This document shows, in pieces, positions 37,992 to 50,936 of a DNA stretch of 64,000 nt. Source of the DNA: Trichosphaerium sp. ATCC 40318 (taxonomy: Eukaryota; Protista; Tubulinea); the NCBI GenBank assembly GCA_038496445.1, contig JALMLS010000491.1, forward strand, positions 48,970-112,969. The letters run 5' to 3'. A program made the position numbers and the translations under genes. How positions within the stretch are numbered: position 1 is the stretch's first letter; every line of letters starts with the position of its first letter. Below the pieces are notes generated by a model that was not told the origin of the DNA, did no database searches, and saw only the letters and a list, made by a program, of their open reading frames with translations.

Positions 37992-40153
37992 ATGGAGGAA
38001 GCCACACCTCCACAATACAATTGTGCAGCTGATGTTACACCACATCTATTCAATACACTCGGTGTATGGATTGGTGGTGAGCGACTAGTACTTTACACCA
38101 ACCATAAAAAAGAATTTGCTTACCAATGGCACGTTGATCAGAAACCTAAGCTCAATGCAAAAGGAACAGCCATGATACACTATTTTAAATGTCCTAACCG
38201 CAATATGTGTAATGCCCGTGTGATATTACATCAAAAAAACTCTTTGAAAGGTCCTATAATCAAACTAGCTCAGAACAAAGGTGCAAACACTGGTTTCAAT
38301 ATTTTTTTCCAAAAAATAGTAATTTTTATTTAGAACACAATGAGCATTGCAAACCTACTCCAGAGCATAAATTAAAGTTACAGTATGCTGTAGGAAAGAA
38401 AATTCAAAAAGACCTTCGGCGCGGCATTGCACCAAGCACAGTGGTAAGCTTGTGTTCTCCCATATACCAACACTAACAACTTCATAGATGAAGACTTTAT
38501 TAAATGATCCAACAAAAAATATTCTAAACACTTTTGAAGTACCTAGTGGCCATGCCATGGCGTCACAAGTGCGTAAAGCTCGCAATTTGGAACGATTGCA
38601 CCCTGATGTACTAAAACAGCACAAACTCCTACTAATCCGCCATAGTTATTCATAAACATACATCTACAGTATCCTAAAGAGATTAAAATTCTAATTGCGA
38701 AAGAATGTGTTATTTCTTTTGTAAATCTTAGAGTGCTCTCTATAATCAAGAAGTTGAACACTAAAACACTCTTCCTTGATGCCATTCACAAGGTGTCAGA
38801 TACTGGCGCCAATGTACTGTTTTTTCGGTTAAATCTCTTCCCTCCATAACTCACTTACCCTTAGGCAATGTTGTATTGGGTCAGAGTAGAATCAGAAAAG
38901 CGTACAAAGGGAGTCAACCTTGGTTGGGCAATCACAGAAGGAAAAAACTTTGATGAGTATGTTTTCGCGTTCCGCCATATTAAAGACACCTTTGGGATGT
39001 TTTTTGAGCGTATTATGGCAGATTGTGAGCTCAATATAAGAAAGGGTATTTGGAAAAAAAAAACCCTTTTTTTTTATTTACACTTTTTTTAGCTGCACGA
39101 AAAGTATGGCCAGAGCAATTTGATGTTCACCATTGTCGCTTCCATGTGGCGGACGCATTTCGCAAAAAGCGCATTGAGCACGGGCTGGGTGGCAAGGTCA
39201 ATGATGGGGAGCGTTTGTGGTGTGAGCACATTATTGATAAGCTATTTTCAGCAATTACGAAAGAAGAATTTGATGAAAAATGGAAAACCTTTTATGAGGT
39301 ACAAGTGCCTTTTTGAATACTCATAACTTCAAATAGGACGGCCAATACCTCAGTGATAAAGTTAAAAAACATTTAAAGTACTTAGACAAACATTACATGA
39401 AGCCAGCATCAACAAACAATTGGTACAGTTCTTCTCTTTAGGTTTATTTACTAAATTTTTTACAAGGTGGCCACCAAGTACATGGGCTCCATATGCGTAT
39501 TTGAACAATGATGAAGCTAACTCTCACCGTACCAATAATACTAGTGAAGGAAATAATCGAGTAGTTCAAGAAGCATTGAAGTGGGAGGGTGCTAAAAAAG
39601 GAACATCAGAAAAAGTTGTTAAGGCTTTGGTTAGCTATTCTCATCTTTCCAAAGATGATGCTGTACGGTTGTTAAAAGGTGTTGGGGGAGTAAGAACTCC
39701 TAGAACCGCTAATAGACATCAAAAAGTTGTGCAAACAAAGGCACTTGCTAAGAAAAGTAAGTGCGAGTGTTTAGTTTTTTCATTTAATTATTCACAGGAA
39801 AAAACAACTCACCGAAAATAGCACACAAACTTATTAAGTTGAAGGAAGTACGAATGGTTCCATTAGCACTTTCTAAAATAATCTTTTATTAGGCTGAAGA
39901 AAAGAGGGCAAGGCAAGCTAAAAAAAAAGAAGCACATGCTAACAAAAAAGAACATGTGCCTACCAAACGCAAGAAACGCACAATAACTGTCAAAAAACGT
40001 CGTTTAGAGCCATCACCAAGAGCTGGAAAGCGCCAAAAAGTAGTTTCCAAGATTTCAAGCTCTGAACAAGATGAAATCATAAAGCAGTATGAAAAACGCT
40101 TGAAAGTAACTTCATTAAAGAGGACAACTCGCAAAAACTATGAAGAAAAATAA
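37992..40153 (+). CDS. MULE transposase with N-terminal WRKY/FLYWCH-type zinc finger (intron-containing)
   Basis: YFKC...C.A......HNEH finger; DDE triad LFLD(AIHK), IMAD(CE), RTNNTSE; CRFH (CxxH) motif; basic C-terminus. Start codon uncertain. Confidence 0.85.
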
Positions 40154-40369
40154 TAAAAAAACTTGTCGAGGATATTATTTTTTATTCTTTGAAGTAACCT
40201 AACATTCCTAAGTGACAAAATTTGTACTAGTAGCTTCTATTATCGTATATAATGTCCCTTTATACCGTATGCCGTGTAGGCACTTCATTAAATATGTCTC
40301 TGGTTATCAATGGGCCATCAAAAAAAAAGTTGACATTTTTGGTCAATTTATCGACATTCCCCAGCAGAC

Positions 40370-43300
40370 GGTACCAAGTACATTGGGCAATTTGACAACA
40401 ACAAGATTCAAGGTATTGGTGAGAAGTATTGGGCAGATGGTCGCAAATACATTGGTAAATTTGAGAATGCTAAGGCAGTAGGTAAAACACAGAAAAGTAT
40501 TGCTGGAAAACCAGACCAGGCTGCCTTTTCTAACAACATGGATAAAACATTCTGTGAAGAATCCGTTTTTCCTAGCAATGACATACAAGAAGATATAACA
40601 CCAGTTACTGTGTGTTCTGATGGCACTACAGATGAGAGAGATCTCAAGAAATTGTTTCCGAATCCAGATAATGCTATCCTTGATATCAATGATCCAACTG
40701 TACAAGGTATACCAGATGGAAAAAGAATGGTATTTGAATTTTATTCTAAAAGACGCTACCAATACTGTTCCAGTATTATTTTGAACCACCAAGATAGCTT
40801 TGAATCAGGTCTTTATGGTGATATTGTATTTATCTATGACCTTTGTAAAAAAGATCCTGAGATATCACTTCATGAAGGTGCGGTGTCTTTTATACAACTA
40901 CCTTTATACTTATTGATTATTTAAATAGTAACAACTATGGCACGTGGTCTTTCTGGAGTACGTGTGATACCCATAAAAAAGGACAAAATATCAGACAAAA
41001 TGATACAACAGTTTAAAGCCATTTATTGGAGTGACCTCAGTAAAAAGGCTAATTTAATGAGACATCACATTGCTGATGGAGTGAGTCATAACAACTACGA
41101 TTTTGTTGAGCAATTAGAAGCCAAAATAATGGTTGTAGGTCATGAAGGAGCAGGTATTTTATCCGAGTTGGATGACTGATACACTAAATATTAATTAGGC
41201 AAGACAACACTTGTGAGGACATTGGCAAAGGAAACAAATATAATAGCGGATTCAACTATTGGTTTTGATACATCACATCTCTCGTATGTTTAACTACTTT
41301 AGCGCTTGGGTTTAATGTGCTTTAGGTTCCAGGGCGTATCATTCACAGTGTTAGACTTTGCTGGACAGACGGAATACAAAGGATTACATAAGTACTTTTT
41401 AGCAAAGCAACTTACAATTTACATCATCGTTGTAAGTTCATAGTGCACCAATATCACACTTGTTTCCTTATCATTCATCTTAGATTGACTTGTCAACATC
41501 AATCAAAGAGCAGCAGAAACACCTTAAATATTGGTGTCGGGCTTTAAATGAGATACTACATGATCAAGATCCAGAACTATACTCAGTGATTGTATTTGGA
41601 TCCAAGTTAGATATCTTTTTAGGAGATATCAAGGCCAATAAACAATCACTGCTCCCTATCGGACTATCACTAGTACAGTACTTGTGCTTAGACGGTACCA
41701 CCTTTATAACTTTTTTACAATCGCTTATTCTTTGTTGTTTAGGAACAAGTGCTCTCGTCAAATTATTGGATCAGCAAGCCAAGTACTTGAAGGCCCAATA
41801 TCCAAAAGTACCATTGATCTACATAGATGTAAAAAAAGCACTTGAGAATACAATCACAAACAAGGATACCCTAAAAGGTAACATCATATCAGTGTACGTT
41901 GTGTGTTAGCTGTAGTGGGTCTTGCTTTTGCTAATCAAGTATTTAATTAGGAGGAAAGTAGTAGAACTGATACCCAAGATATGTGCAATGTCTCCAATAG
42001 AGTTGATTGCTGCATTGAATTACCTTCATTCCATTGGTAGCATCATGTTTGATGAGGTGTGCGCTTCTCAAATGAGTAATATGCTTGCTTAAACAACTGA
42101 CTTGTCTGTGTTTAGTCATCGTACATGCTATGTTTGAACCCTCCTATTCTATCTCGTATCATGAGTGCTTTTCTAGCACCCAAAGAACATCTTGATAGAT
42201 TGATCAAAAACAACACTCATAATCATCATGCTGTATTCACTGACTCAGAAGCTAAATCTCGAATCTCAAAGCTATTTCCAAAATGCACTAAACGTGAAGT
42301 GAAGCAGGTGATGAAATTCTTGGTACAAATGTCGTTCTGCGTTCGCTTGACAGAAGAAGAAAAGGTAACAGATAGTGTATGTACTCTATAACTCATTGTC
42401 AATGTATTTATTCAGGTTGTGTATGGCGCTGCTGGATACCTTATTATATCGCTATTACCTAAAGCTGATATGTTTTACTTTCCTCCATTAACCCAAAAGG
42501 AGCAAAGTATTACGTTAGTTAAGACAAAGAACAAGAACCCACATGAGTTACCAGAAGTATTCTCTTTATCTAAATCACCAACAAAGTGGAAGATATTATC
42601 GTACACACCTACAACAGACTCTAAAGTTGAACATAAAGTGGTAGAAATAGTCACCATAAACAAGGAAACCAATAAAATAGTACGGCGTATTTCGTATTCC
42701 ATAACAATTCAAAACTAACAATATCACGTGTTAGTCACTACCTGATCAATATGAGGTCATACCACATGTTTCAAAGTTCTTGGCATACACCTTTAACTCA
42801 CAAGATCTACCTATAGACATATTTAATGACTTGCAGAGAAGACTGAGAAGTACGCCAACATGAACGGTTTATGATTATGATTAGATACTAAACACTTACA
42901 ATAGAGTTCCAAAACAAAGAGTTTCGTTTGTTTTCAAACTTGATTGTACTCTCTGATTTCTATGGCAATATCATCACATTGTATTATGTTGATCATAGCA
43001 TCAAAATTGTCATTAGAGGCATAGTACCACAGCTATGGATGGTAATAACATGAACAGAAGTTTAAACATTGACATTTTTAGGAATCTCTTGCTAGTTACC
43101 TAAAACCTTTGGACATCACTCCAATTCCGCTATGTCCAGCCAGCATACAATTTGGAGAGTTTGTTGAGGTCACAAACAATTTGTATGAGTGCAAGAAGAT
43201 AAGTGAGTGTATTAGGCATACATTTATACACGTGTAGTTGTCATATTATACAACTAGATGGCATATTTCCAAGTTAACAAACTGATTATTTCTTAGAACA

Positions 43301-45067
43301 TGTTGTCACTGAGAGTCATTTAAAAGAAGGATTTCCTGTACTCGAACATGCACGACATAATATATGGGGTAGCTTGCATGGAGAAAGATTTCTGAAAATG
43401 GGTGACTGGGAAACACCTCAACAGTATCCTGGGTTACGAATCACGTTTCTCACAAAAGATGAAAAAAACAAAGTACAACCCACATTTGAATACCATGACT
43501 TTCTTACTAAAAGCATTGATAAGGAACGTTATGATGAGTATCTGAGAGCTAGCAACATGTTTTATGAGTTCATGGGGACTGACAGTGCTTCATTTTATGA
43601 GTTGGAGAAGATTGCATTCTTGAACAATCCAAAACTTGAAGACAAATTTGAGGAGCAATACAATACTTTTGTCAAAAAAGTACTTCAATCCAAAAAATCA
43701 GGCAAGTTACACCCTTGGTCAGCTTTTTCTAATAGTTTAGATGTGAATGATGATTCTACTGTGGATGAAGATACACGTAAATTACAAGAACGGACTTTGA
43801 ATCATTTGAAGAGCCATGTGATGCGTGTTTCAGGCAATGAGCAAATCAACCTCATGCCAGGATTACATGGTACATCAGAGGTATATCACATTTATTCTCA
43901 TTACTACCAAGAAATAGTTAACCTTAGATTTTAGGATACTAGCTTTAAGATAGCTTGGAACAACTTTAGAGAACCACATGAGAATACAAACAAGAAAGAT
44001 GAAGGATACTTTGGTATGGCTTAGTACCAAGTTAGTTTAATTAACTAAATTGTAACCAGGAAATGGGATTTACTTTACTCAGTATCCTGATTGTGGTAAG
44101 TCATTTTATGCAACCGTCGTGTATAGTGGCCACTACCCATGTACCAATTTGTATTCTTGCATTAACAATTGAGGTAGGAAGGAAGTATGCTGAATGGGAT
44201 AAAAAGGAGAAGAATCCATGCATGTTGATATCATGGATAATGATGGGAAAACCTTATCCAGCAACAGAACAACCAGCGCCAGGCGATACCAACTCTCTTT
44301 ATGGAAAAGAATGCAAGGTACAACTCTTTTTTTTCTGCATGTGCCTTCTTACAGTTTTATTTTCAGAAAGGTTATGATTCTCACTATGTACTCACTAAAT
44401 CGACTGGGTTTCCAAGTGGCATTGATGATAAAATAGATCAAAACGAGATTGTTGTATTTTCAAAAAACCAAGCATGTAGACATCACAAGCGAATGTGTTC
44501 TTATTTCATGATTTAGATTCTTCCACGATACCTTGTATACTACAAAGCAATAGACAGTACCAATATCGACTCATATGAACTCAAGTACAGGGATGCTAAA
44601 TGTCTTGTTTTGTGGGTTGACGCTAATCTATCAGTTGAAAACAAGAAGATAATGGAAATGCTTAAAAACAGGCCAAAGAAGACAGAGGTACACAAACCAA
44701 ATACAGGCATTCATCTAAAGAAATACAAAGGTGTTGGTGATGAAGTCATCATCTGCGGTTTTGGCATGGATCGATAAGTTCAAAGGGTTCTGTAACAACA
44801 GATTACATATCATCACAAATAGATATCGAAAAGGTGATGGAGATGAGCTAGCAGCAGAGAAGTTGATAAAGAGCATTAGAAAAATTAAAATATGTGCCAA
44901 AACACCTATTCTTGTTTTTTGTGGTATGTCAAGTAGTCCTTTATTAATCACGTGATTTTTTGTTAACACACTGTTTGTTAGGAGACACGTCAAAGGCAAA
45001 ATACCTCAAGAAAAAATACAAAAAGGTTTCCATCACGAATAAAGTTCAAGATGTATTGGAAATTTAG
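40370..45067 (+). CDS. 3' part of the MORN-Roc-COR-PARP gene: last MORN repeats, Roc GTPase, COR, PARP-like ART domain, receiver-like domain
   Basis: GTKYIGQFDNNKIQGIGEKYWADGRKYIGKF (MORN); KIMVVGHEGAGKTT, STIG, LDFAGQTEY..LHKYFL, FGSKLD (Roc); ALNYLHSIG (COR-like); LHGT, GYFGNGIYFT, GYDSH, NEIVVFSKNQILPRYLVYY (ART with H-Y-E); VLWVD...IITNRYR...PILVFC (receiver-like). Exact 3' end uncertain. Confidence 0.85.
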
Positions 45068-45183
45068 GAATGTAAGAATAGCTTACATCTTTCCTCAAAA
45101 CTTTACTATTACTCAAGTTATGTTCAGAGTTCAGACATTGCTTCTTGCTTCTACCAACAATGTTAATAAATTAAGAACGCACT

Positions 45184-45244
45184 ATTTTGAGTACCGTTTC
45201 AACAGTACTAGAAAAAATTATACTGTTGAAACGGTACTCAAAAT
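45184..45244. repeat. Perfect 24-bp-stem hairpin with a 13-nt loop
   Basis: ATTTTGAGTACCGTTTCAACAGTA-CTAGAAAAAATTA-TACTGTTGAAACGGTACTCAAAAT. Confidence 0.95.
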
Positions 45245-46106
45245 GTAATAACATAGTTGTCAACGAACAAATGCCACTTTTATACAAGCTTGTCTTTTTG
45301 GTGCTTCAATGAGAGACGACACGAGGAGCTAAACGTTAATCCCATTAAATAAGTACATCACCTTTTTATGGAATGACGTTATTGTAAAATGTGAAAATCC
45401 CCGCTCCCAAACTTCCTGTGATGTATATAGTGCTTAAGCCATAGCGTATTCAACCGCGCAGCGAAAATTTCTCTACTTCTCGATTGGAACACCGGAAAAG
45501 GACAAAGTCGCGAAATGTTTTCGGCGGATTGTTTGCATAGTATACCGCCTTGTATCAAGTGCCTTGATGTTAATTAAACGGGTTTCGGCCTAAATCATGG
45601 TGGGTTAGTTCAGAAAGACAAAAACCAAATCAAAACCATCTATTACGCGGCTACATGACAGAGTTTATCACATACTGCTGTTTCTTAATGCTACTTTCTA
45701 AACTTGCTTCCAAAAACAGCAAAACGCGAATAAATACACGATATCGACTACACCTACGCATTAAAACACTGTAACAGACGAATAGTAGAATTATACTAAT
45801 TAGGAAACCAGAAATGCGCTTTTTTAATAAAAATAAACAGTTCTGCAAGTAATTAGATCTCGACGCGTAAAGAGTAGTATCTAGTCCAAAAACAACAGAA
45901 AACTAAAAAATTTCATATTTAGCGAAAATAGGTCAATAATTAACGACAATTATCGTACACCGTCATTGCTCTAGTTTTATTGCAAACATAGGGGTTGTAG
46001 CGGATCCGAAGCGAAAACCGAAAACCTGAAATTGTTATTTTTAATTAGCTAAAAAAATCAAATAAAGTCAATAGAGGACCTCATTTTCTGCAACTATTTG
46101 ACAAAC

Positions 46107-47453
46107 ATGCAACACGTACAAGCTGTCATATATTTCTGTTTTTTAGTCTTTTTCGGACAACTCGCAGTTGCTCAGACTCTAGAATACGAGTTTAACTTTA
46201 ATGGAAATCTATTAGATGACGTTGGTGACGGGTACCCCTTTTAGATGTTCCCTCACATGATTATTTACTTTTTCTCAAATAGAAACTTAACAATAGGCAT
46301 ACCAGAGGTCTATAACATGACAGAGGGCTGTCTAGAGCTACCATTAAACACAAACCCTTCGTTGATACTAAACAACCCGGATATTCTAAAAAACGCACCA
46401 TACACTGTTATACTTCAAGTCCAAGTACTACAAACAAGTTCTTTCGGGAGAATCCTTGGATGGGTACCTTCCAGTGACAGTGGCTTGCTCTTTCAAGGAA
46501 ATACCATTGATTATTTTGGATTTTCTGGTAGAACTGATTCCTACAATGTGCTTGATGATATCAGCTTGATCTTTTTCTCGTACGCCAAAGAAATTTGAAA
46601 CTGAAAAAGAAACGAACCTATACTTCTTGTTTTTTCTTACTCTTTCATTCACAGGTATGACCCTGCAACAAAAAATGCTACGTTTGGTCTTGTGGATAAT
46701 TCAACAATACGGTCATCAAACATTGTATCAACTGGGGCCCCAAATATTGTGGATACAGTACGAATAATGACAGATAATACTGGAAGCTTCGGAAATGAGC
46801 ATTACAAGACATGTCTTTACAAAGTGATGTTCTATTCCGGAGCTTTTATTCCAACATCAATCGAGCCACCTACATTACCACCACCAACAACTACAGCACC
46901 AAGTACTGTGTCTCCAACAACTGTACCTCCAACAACGCTACCTCCAACAACTGTGCCTCCAACAACTGTATCTCCAACAACTGTGCCTCCAACGACTGTA
47001 CCTCCAACAACGCTACCTCCAACAACTGAGTCACCAGCAACTGTGACTCCAACGACTGTACCTCCAACGACGCTACCTCCAACAACTACAGCACCAAGTA
47101 CAGTGTCTCCAACAACGATGGCGCCTACAACTGGAGCTCCAACAACTGTACCTCCAACAACGCTACCTCCAACAACTGTGCCACCAACAACTATATCACC
47201 AACAACGCTAGCTCCAACTGAAGCACCAACAACTGCATCACCAACAATGCTAGCTCCAACTGCACCTCCAACGACTACAGCTCCAACGACTGAAGCACCA
47301 ACAACTGCGTCTCCAACAACGATGGCGCCTACAACTGGAGCTCCAACAACTGATCAACCAATTACTGTGGGATTAGCATCTAGCTCTTTTTTTATGATAC
47401 CTTCATTAGCTTTGTTTTTTGTTACAACAGTTGCATTACTTGCAACACAATAA
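46107..47453 (+). CDS. Mucin-like surface protein: signal peptide, beta-sandwich (LamG-like?) head, Pro/Thr stalk, GPI-like tail (3 exons)
   Basis: MQHVQAVIYFCFLVFFGQLAVAQ signal; YEFNFNGNLLD start typical of LamG-like heads; PTT(V/L)P 15-nt repeats at 46865-47350; hydrophobic C-terminus. Confidence 0.8.
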
Positions 47454-48415
47454 ATGTATTTATTGTTCTATTAAATAGCATTCTCAACTTTAAATTTTAG
47501 CAGGCGTAGCTACAAACAAGTTTGCGATATTCTACATTTAGAACACGTTGAACCAGGATTACACCATTTTTACAATTGCCTCTACAATCCCTACATACTC
47601 TAACACTTGAAGAAAGTTTGTGATAACTTGCGCATGTTGTTGTGAGAAGTGGGTTTGTGATCATTTGACTTTATCTAGAAATAGCAAACCCCTCTAAGTG
47701 CTTCAGTATCAGTAATCTGAAAAAACGCCCGCCTTTCAAAACACCAAAGAAGTCAAGTATCTCGGTGTTTACTTCCGTGCTGACGAAGGAGTGGCTAACT
47801 ATGCCTCTGATGTTGTTGACAAACTCTCCAAGCGACTTTTTCGTTAGCGTTACCTGGCACGTAAATGTGCTCCTCTGGTTAGGGTACTACACTCAAATCT
47901 ATTTTGAGATTTCTTCCTTGTGCATATGATGCGACACATGACCGAATCTCATACATTCTTTTTCGGTCGCTTGCGGCCGATGTTATGCATCACTAAACAC
48001 TCCCTTGGTCTTTCTCAAATGGCTTTATTGGTTATCAAAGAGGCTATTATAAAAATTGGTTTTTACAAAAGTGAGGCTAGCCATTCCGCCCTATCCAACA
48101 GAAGTAATTGATACTTGTAGGATTTGGTTCGGTCGTAGACATTTATCGTACTGTATGTATTCAAGATGGGCTGTCTAAACGGTGACATCTAACTAGCACA
48201 TCAAGTGGTACCCATGTACAATTAAGGCAGCATTCTTTATATATCCACGTTCTGCAATGACAACAAAGTTAAATTCCAAGTCAAACTTATATTTTTCTTG
48301 CTATACTTTGTTAAAGTGAATTTTTACAAAGGAAAAGGTAGTTCTAGAAACACATTCCTATAAATATCTTTAACACCATTACTGGTGACAACACAATTTA
48401 TTCACATTTCTAAAT

Positions 48416-50936
48416 TTATTTTACTCTTATTAGATTTGCTCTATCATTGCACGTACATAAAGAAGGGTACTTTGCACATTTCGTACAACGATTATCAGAA
48501 GTACTTGAAATACAATTGAGGATTTCATTTAAAACACCTTTGTAGTCCGTGGCCTCTGCTCGTTGCAAACAACGTCTCCAATTGAACGGTAGAACTCTTG
48601 CCCACGTCTGTTCTAGTGCTTCAGCACGCACTCTTTTAAAAAGCTGATTACCATCAATGTGTGCTTCTAGTAAGCCCTGGTATGCTATATCAACTTTATC
48701 CTTGTTACTCTTGGACAGGAAAAAGTATACCATCACGAAGGTAAATGAGTACAAGTCATCCTTTGGTGCATAAGCATGTTGTGGGGAGGTACCATACCAC
48801 GTTTTGTACAATTGTGGTGCAAACTTGACACCTCCACTTATACTTATTGGAGCAGTCTCTGTTGTGGCAGCTCCCCAATCAATCAACATATATCGTTCGG
48901 CTTCTTCATAACCTCTCGGGAGTAGCATGATATTTGAAGCTGAAATATCTCTTAAAGAACGAAGAACATTAATAATTTTGTAGAATAATTAATGAGTACC
49001 TGTGAACAACACCTTTTTTGTGAACAATCTCAAGAGTTTCAATGACTTGGTTTGCAAGCAACTCAAAGTCAAACGGAGCTTCTTCGTAGCTTTGGCAAAT
49101 ACAATCCATTGCAAATCCATTTGGAGCTGTACCAACCTGCAGAAACAATTAAAGCAAACTTGAGAAGAACAATAAAATGTTAAGCGTTTTGAAAAACCGT
49201 TGATAACATGACTTAAACGTACAACTTTTGGAACACCAGGAACATCTTTGAGAAGATCTAATATTCTCATTTCTCCATCCATTTTTGGCTTTATTGGGGA
49301 GTCCACGTCTTCCAAGTAGTTCTTAAATGCAACATACTTTGGAGGATCATTATTGGATAAGTACGTCATGTAGACTGTTCCATGAGCACCTATGCCAAGT
49401 ACTTTTCGTGGTACATACTCAAAACCGTTGATTGTAAATACTTTTGAATGGTACCCAAGGTCACCGAGCTTGTAATTTAATAAACTTACCAAATGCTTTA
49501 GTCCTTCACCTGGAGCACTTGATTGGATCAAGTCCATTTCAGGAGTTGCATAATACATAGTCTTGGCTACAAGACTGCGTTGTTTGGCAACCTTGAAAAA
49601 TTGAATTTTCTGATAATTTTGAAGTATTCCATACACAAATTCACGACGAGGCCGGGCTTTAAGAATCCTGTTCATGTCACTCCATATCATGCCTTTGTTG
49701 TGTGCGGTGAATGAAGCTATAAATAATAAGCAACAAATAAAACCATGTAAAGTGTCAGTACATACCGTTGCCTTCTAATATGTCCCAAGTTAACACGTGA
49801 TGAAACAATGTACAATCTCTTTCACGAATGGTTTTGAGTTGCGGTGTGATGCGAAAACGACTTGGAAGAAACGATTTAGCATCTGGAACGACATTTGCAC
49901 GAATATTTGGACAAATATCATCACGTGATAAAAATGATGCAAAGTCAGCAGTGTATTTGTCAAGCGAACATGATTTGAGCTTTAACATCATCGATTGAAA
50001 TGTTTGACATGACTCAATGTATTGCTTGGACGTTTCAGGATGACAAAATGAGTGTTGATGTTCTGTGTTTTTAGCGATGGATTAGGCAATGGCAGGATAC
50101 CCTTACAACAAAAATAAGAAAAACTTGAGTGCTACGGCATGAATCAAAAAGAAGAACAAAAAAAAAAAGCAATGTTTGGAAGAAAATATTACCTTGCATC
50201 GTTTTCTGGCTCAAGGATGCATCTCTAAATGAATACAGTAACTTCAAGTACAAATTCTCATTCCTATTTTCCATAGCTCTATGGCGTTTGTATTCAGCTT
50301 CGTTTTCTTCTTCAGAACAACGCTGTCTTTTTTTAAGAGTCCGTAATATTTCTTTGTTTTTTTCATCTATTCTTGCATTTTTTTCAATTTCTTCTTTCAT
50401 TTCTTCTTCAACTTCCTTCCGCATTTCAACTTTAAGAACTTTGGATACTAACGTATCGAAGTAATCAGCTAGTAGCTTTTGGCCTATATAACTTTCAGGC
50501 GGTTTGTAAGTGTCTGGATTTTTCAATTCTAGAAATATATTGTGAGCTGACCAAATCCATAGTGTATGAGATAATGAGTACCTGCAGTCTGTTTGCTACA
50601 AGCATCAAACACCCTATCCACTATATCCACCTTACGCAATCCCTTTGTAACTGTGACATTATACTGTGCAGCCATGGCAGTGAGCTCGTTGATGGAGAAT
50701 CTTTTCAATTGTTTTTTTGTCAAATTTACACTAGCATTATCCTGGTATCACTTAGCAAGGTACAAGAGTGACCCTGAACTTACCTTTTTGTTGTTACAGG
50801 CGTCAAATACCAATTTTGCAAGCTCTGTCTTACGCAATCCCTTAGTGACAGTGACGTTACACTTCGTTGCAATGGCTGTAAGTTCCTTGACATTGAATTT
50901 GTGGAATTGTTTCTTTCGCAATAAAGCTGTTGTCAT
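48416..50936 (-). pseudogene. Crinkler-like HeH(x2)-REase-like-protein kinase paralog 1 with one in-frame stop
   Basis: Kinase motifs LGIGAHGTVY, VAFK, HRDISASNIM, LIDWG; exon structure matches 54696-57188; TAA at 50082-50084 where the paralog has CAT. Confidence 0.7.

Larger units (their letters stand above)
35404..40369 (+). mobile_element. Mutator-like (MULE) DNA transposon, 4966 bp including the nested element
   Basis: 9-bp TSD GGTACCAAG (35395-35403, 40370-40378); inverted termini share AATGTCGATAAATTGAC(A/C)AAAAATGTCAACTTTTT; internal MULE transposase gene. Confidence 0.92.
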
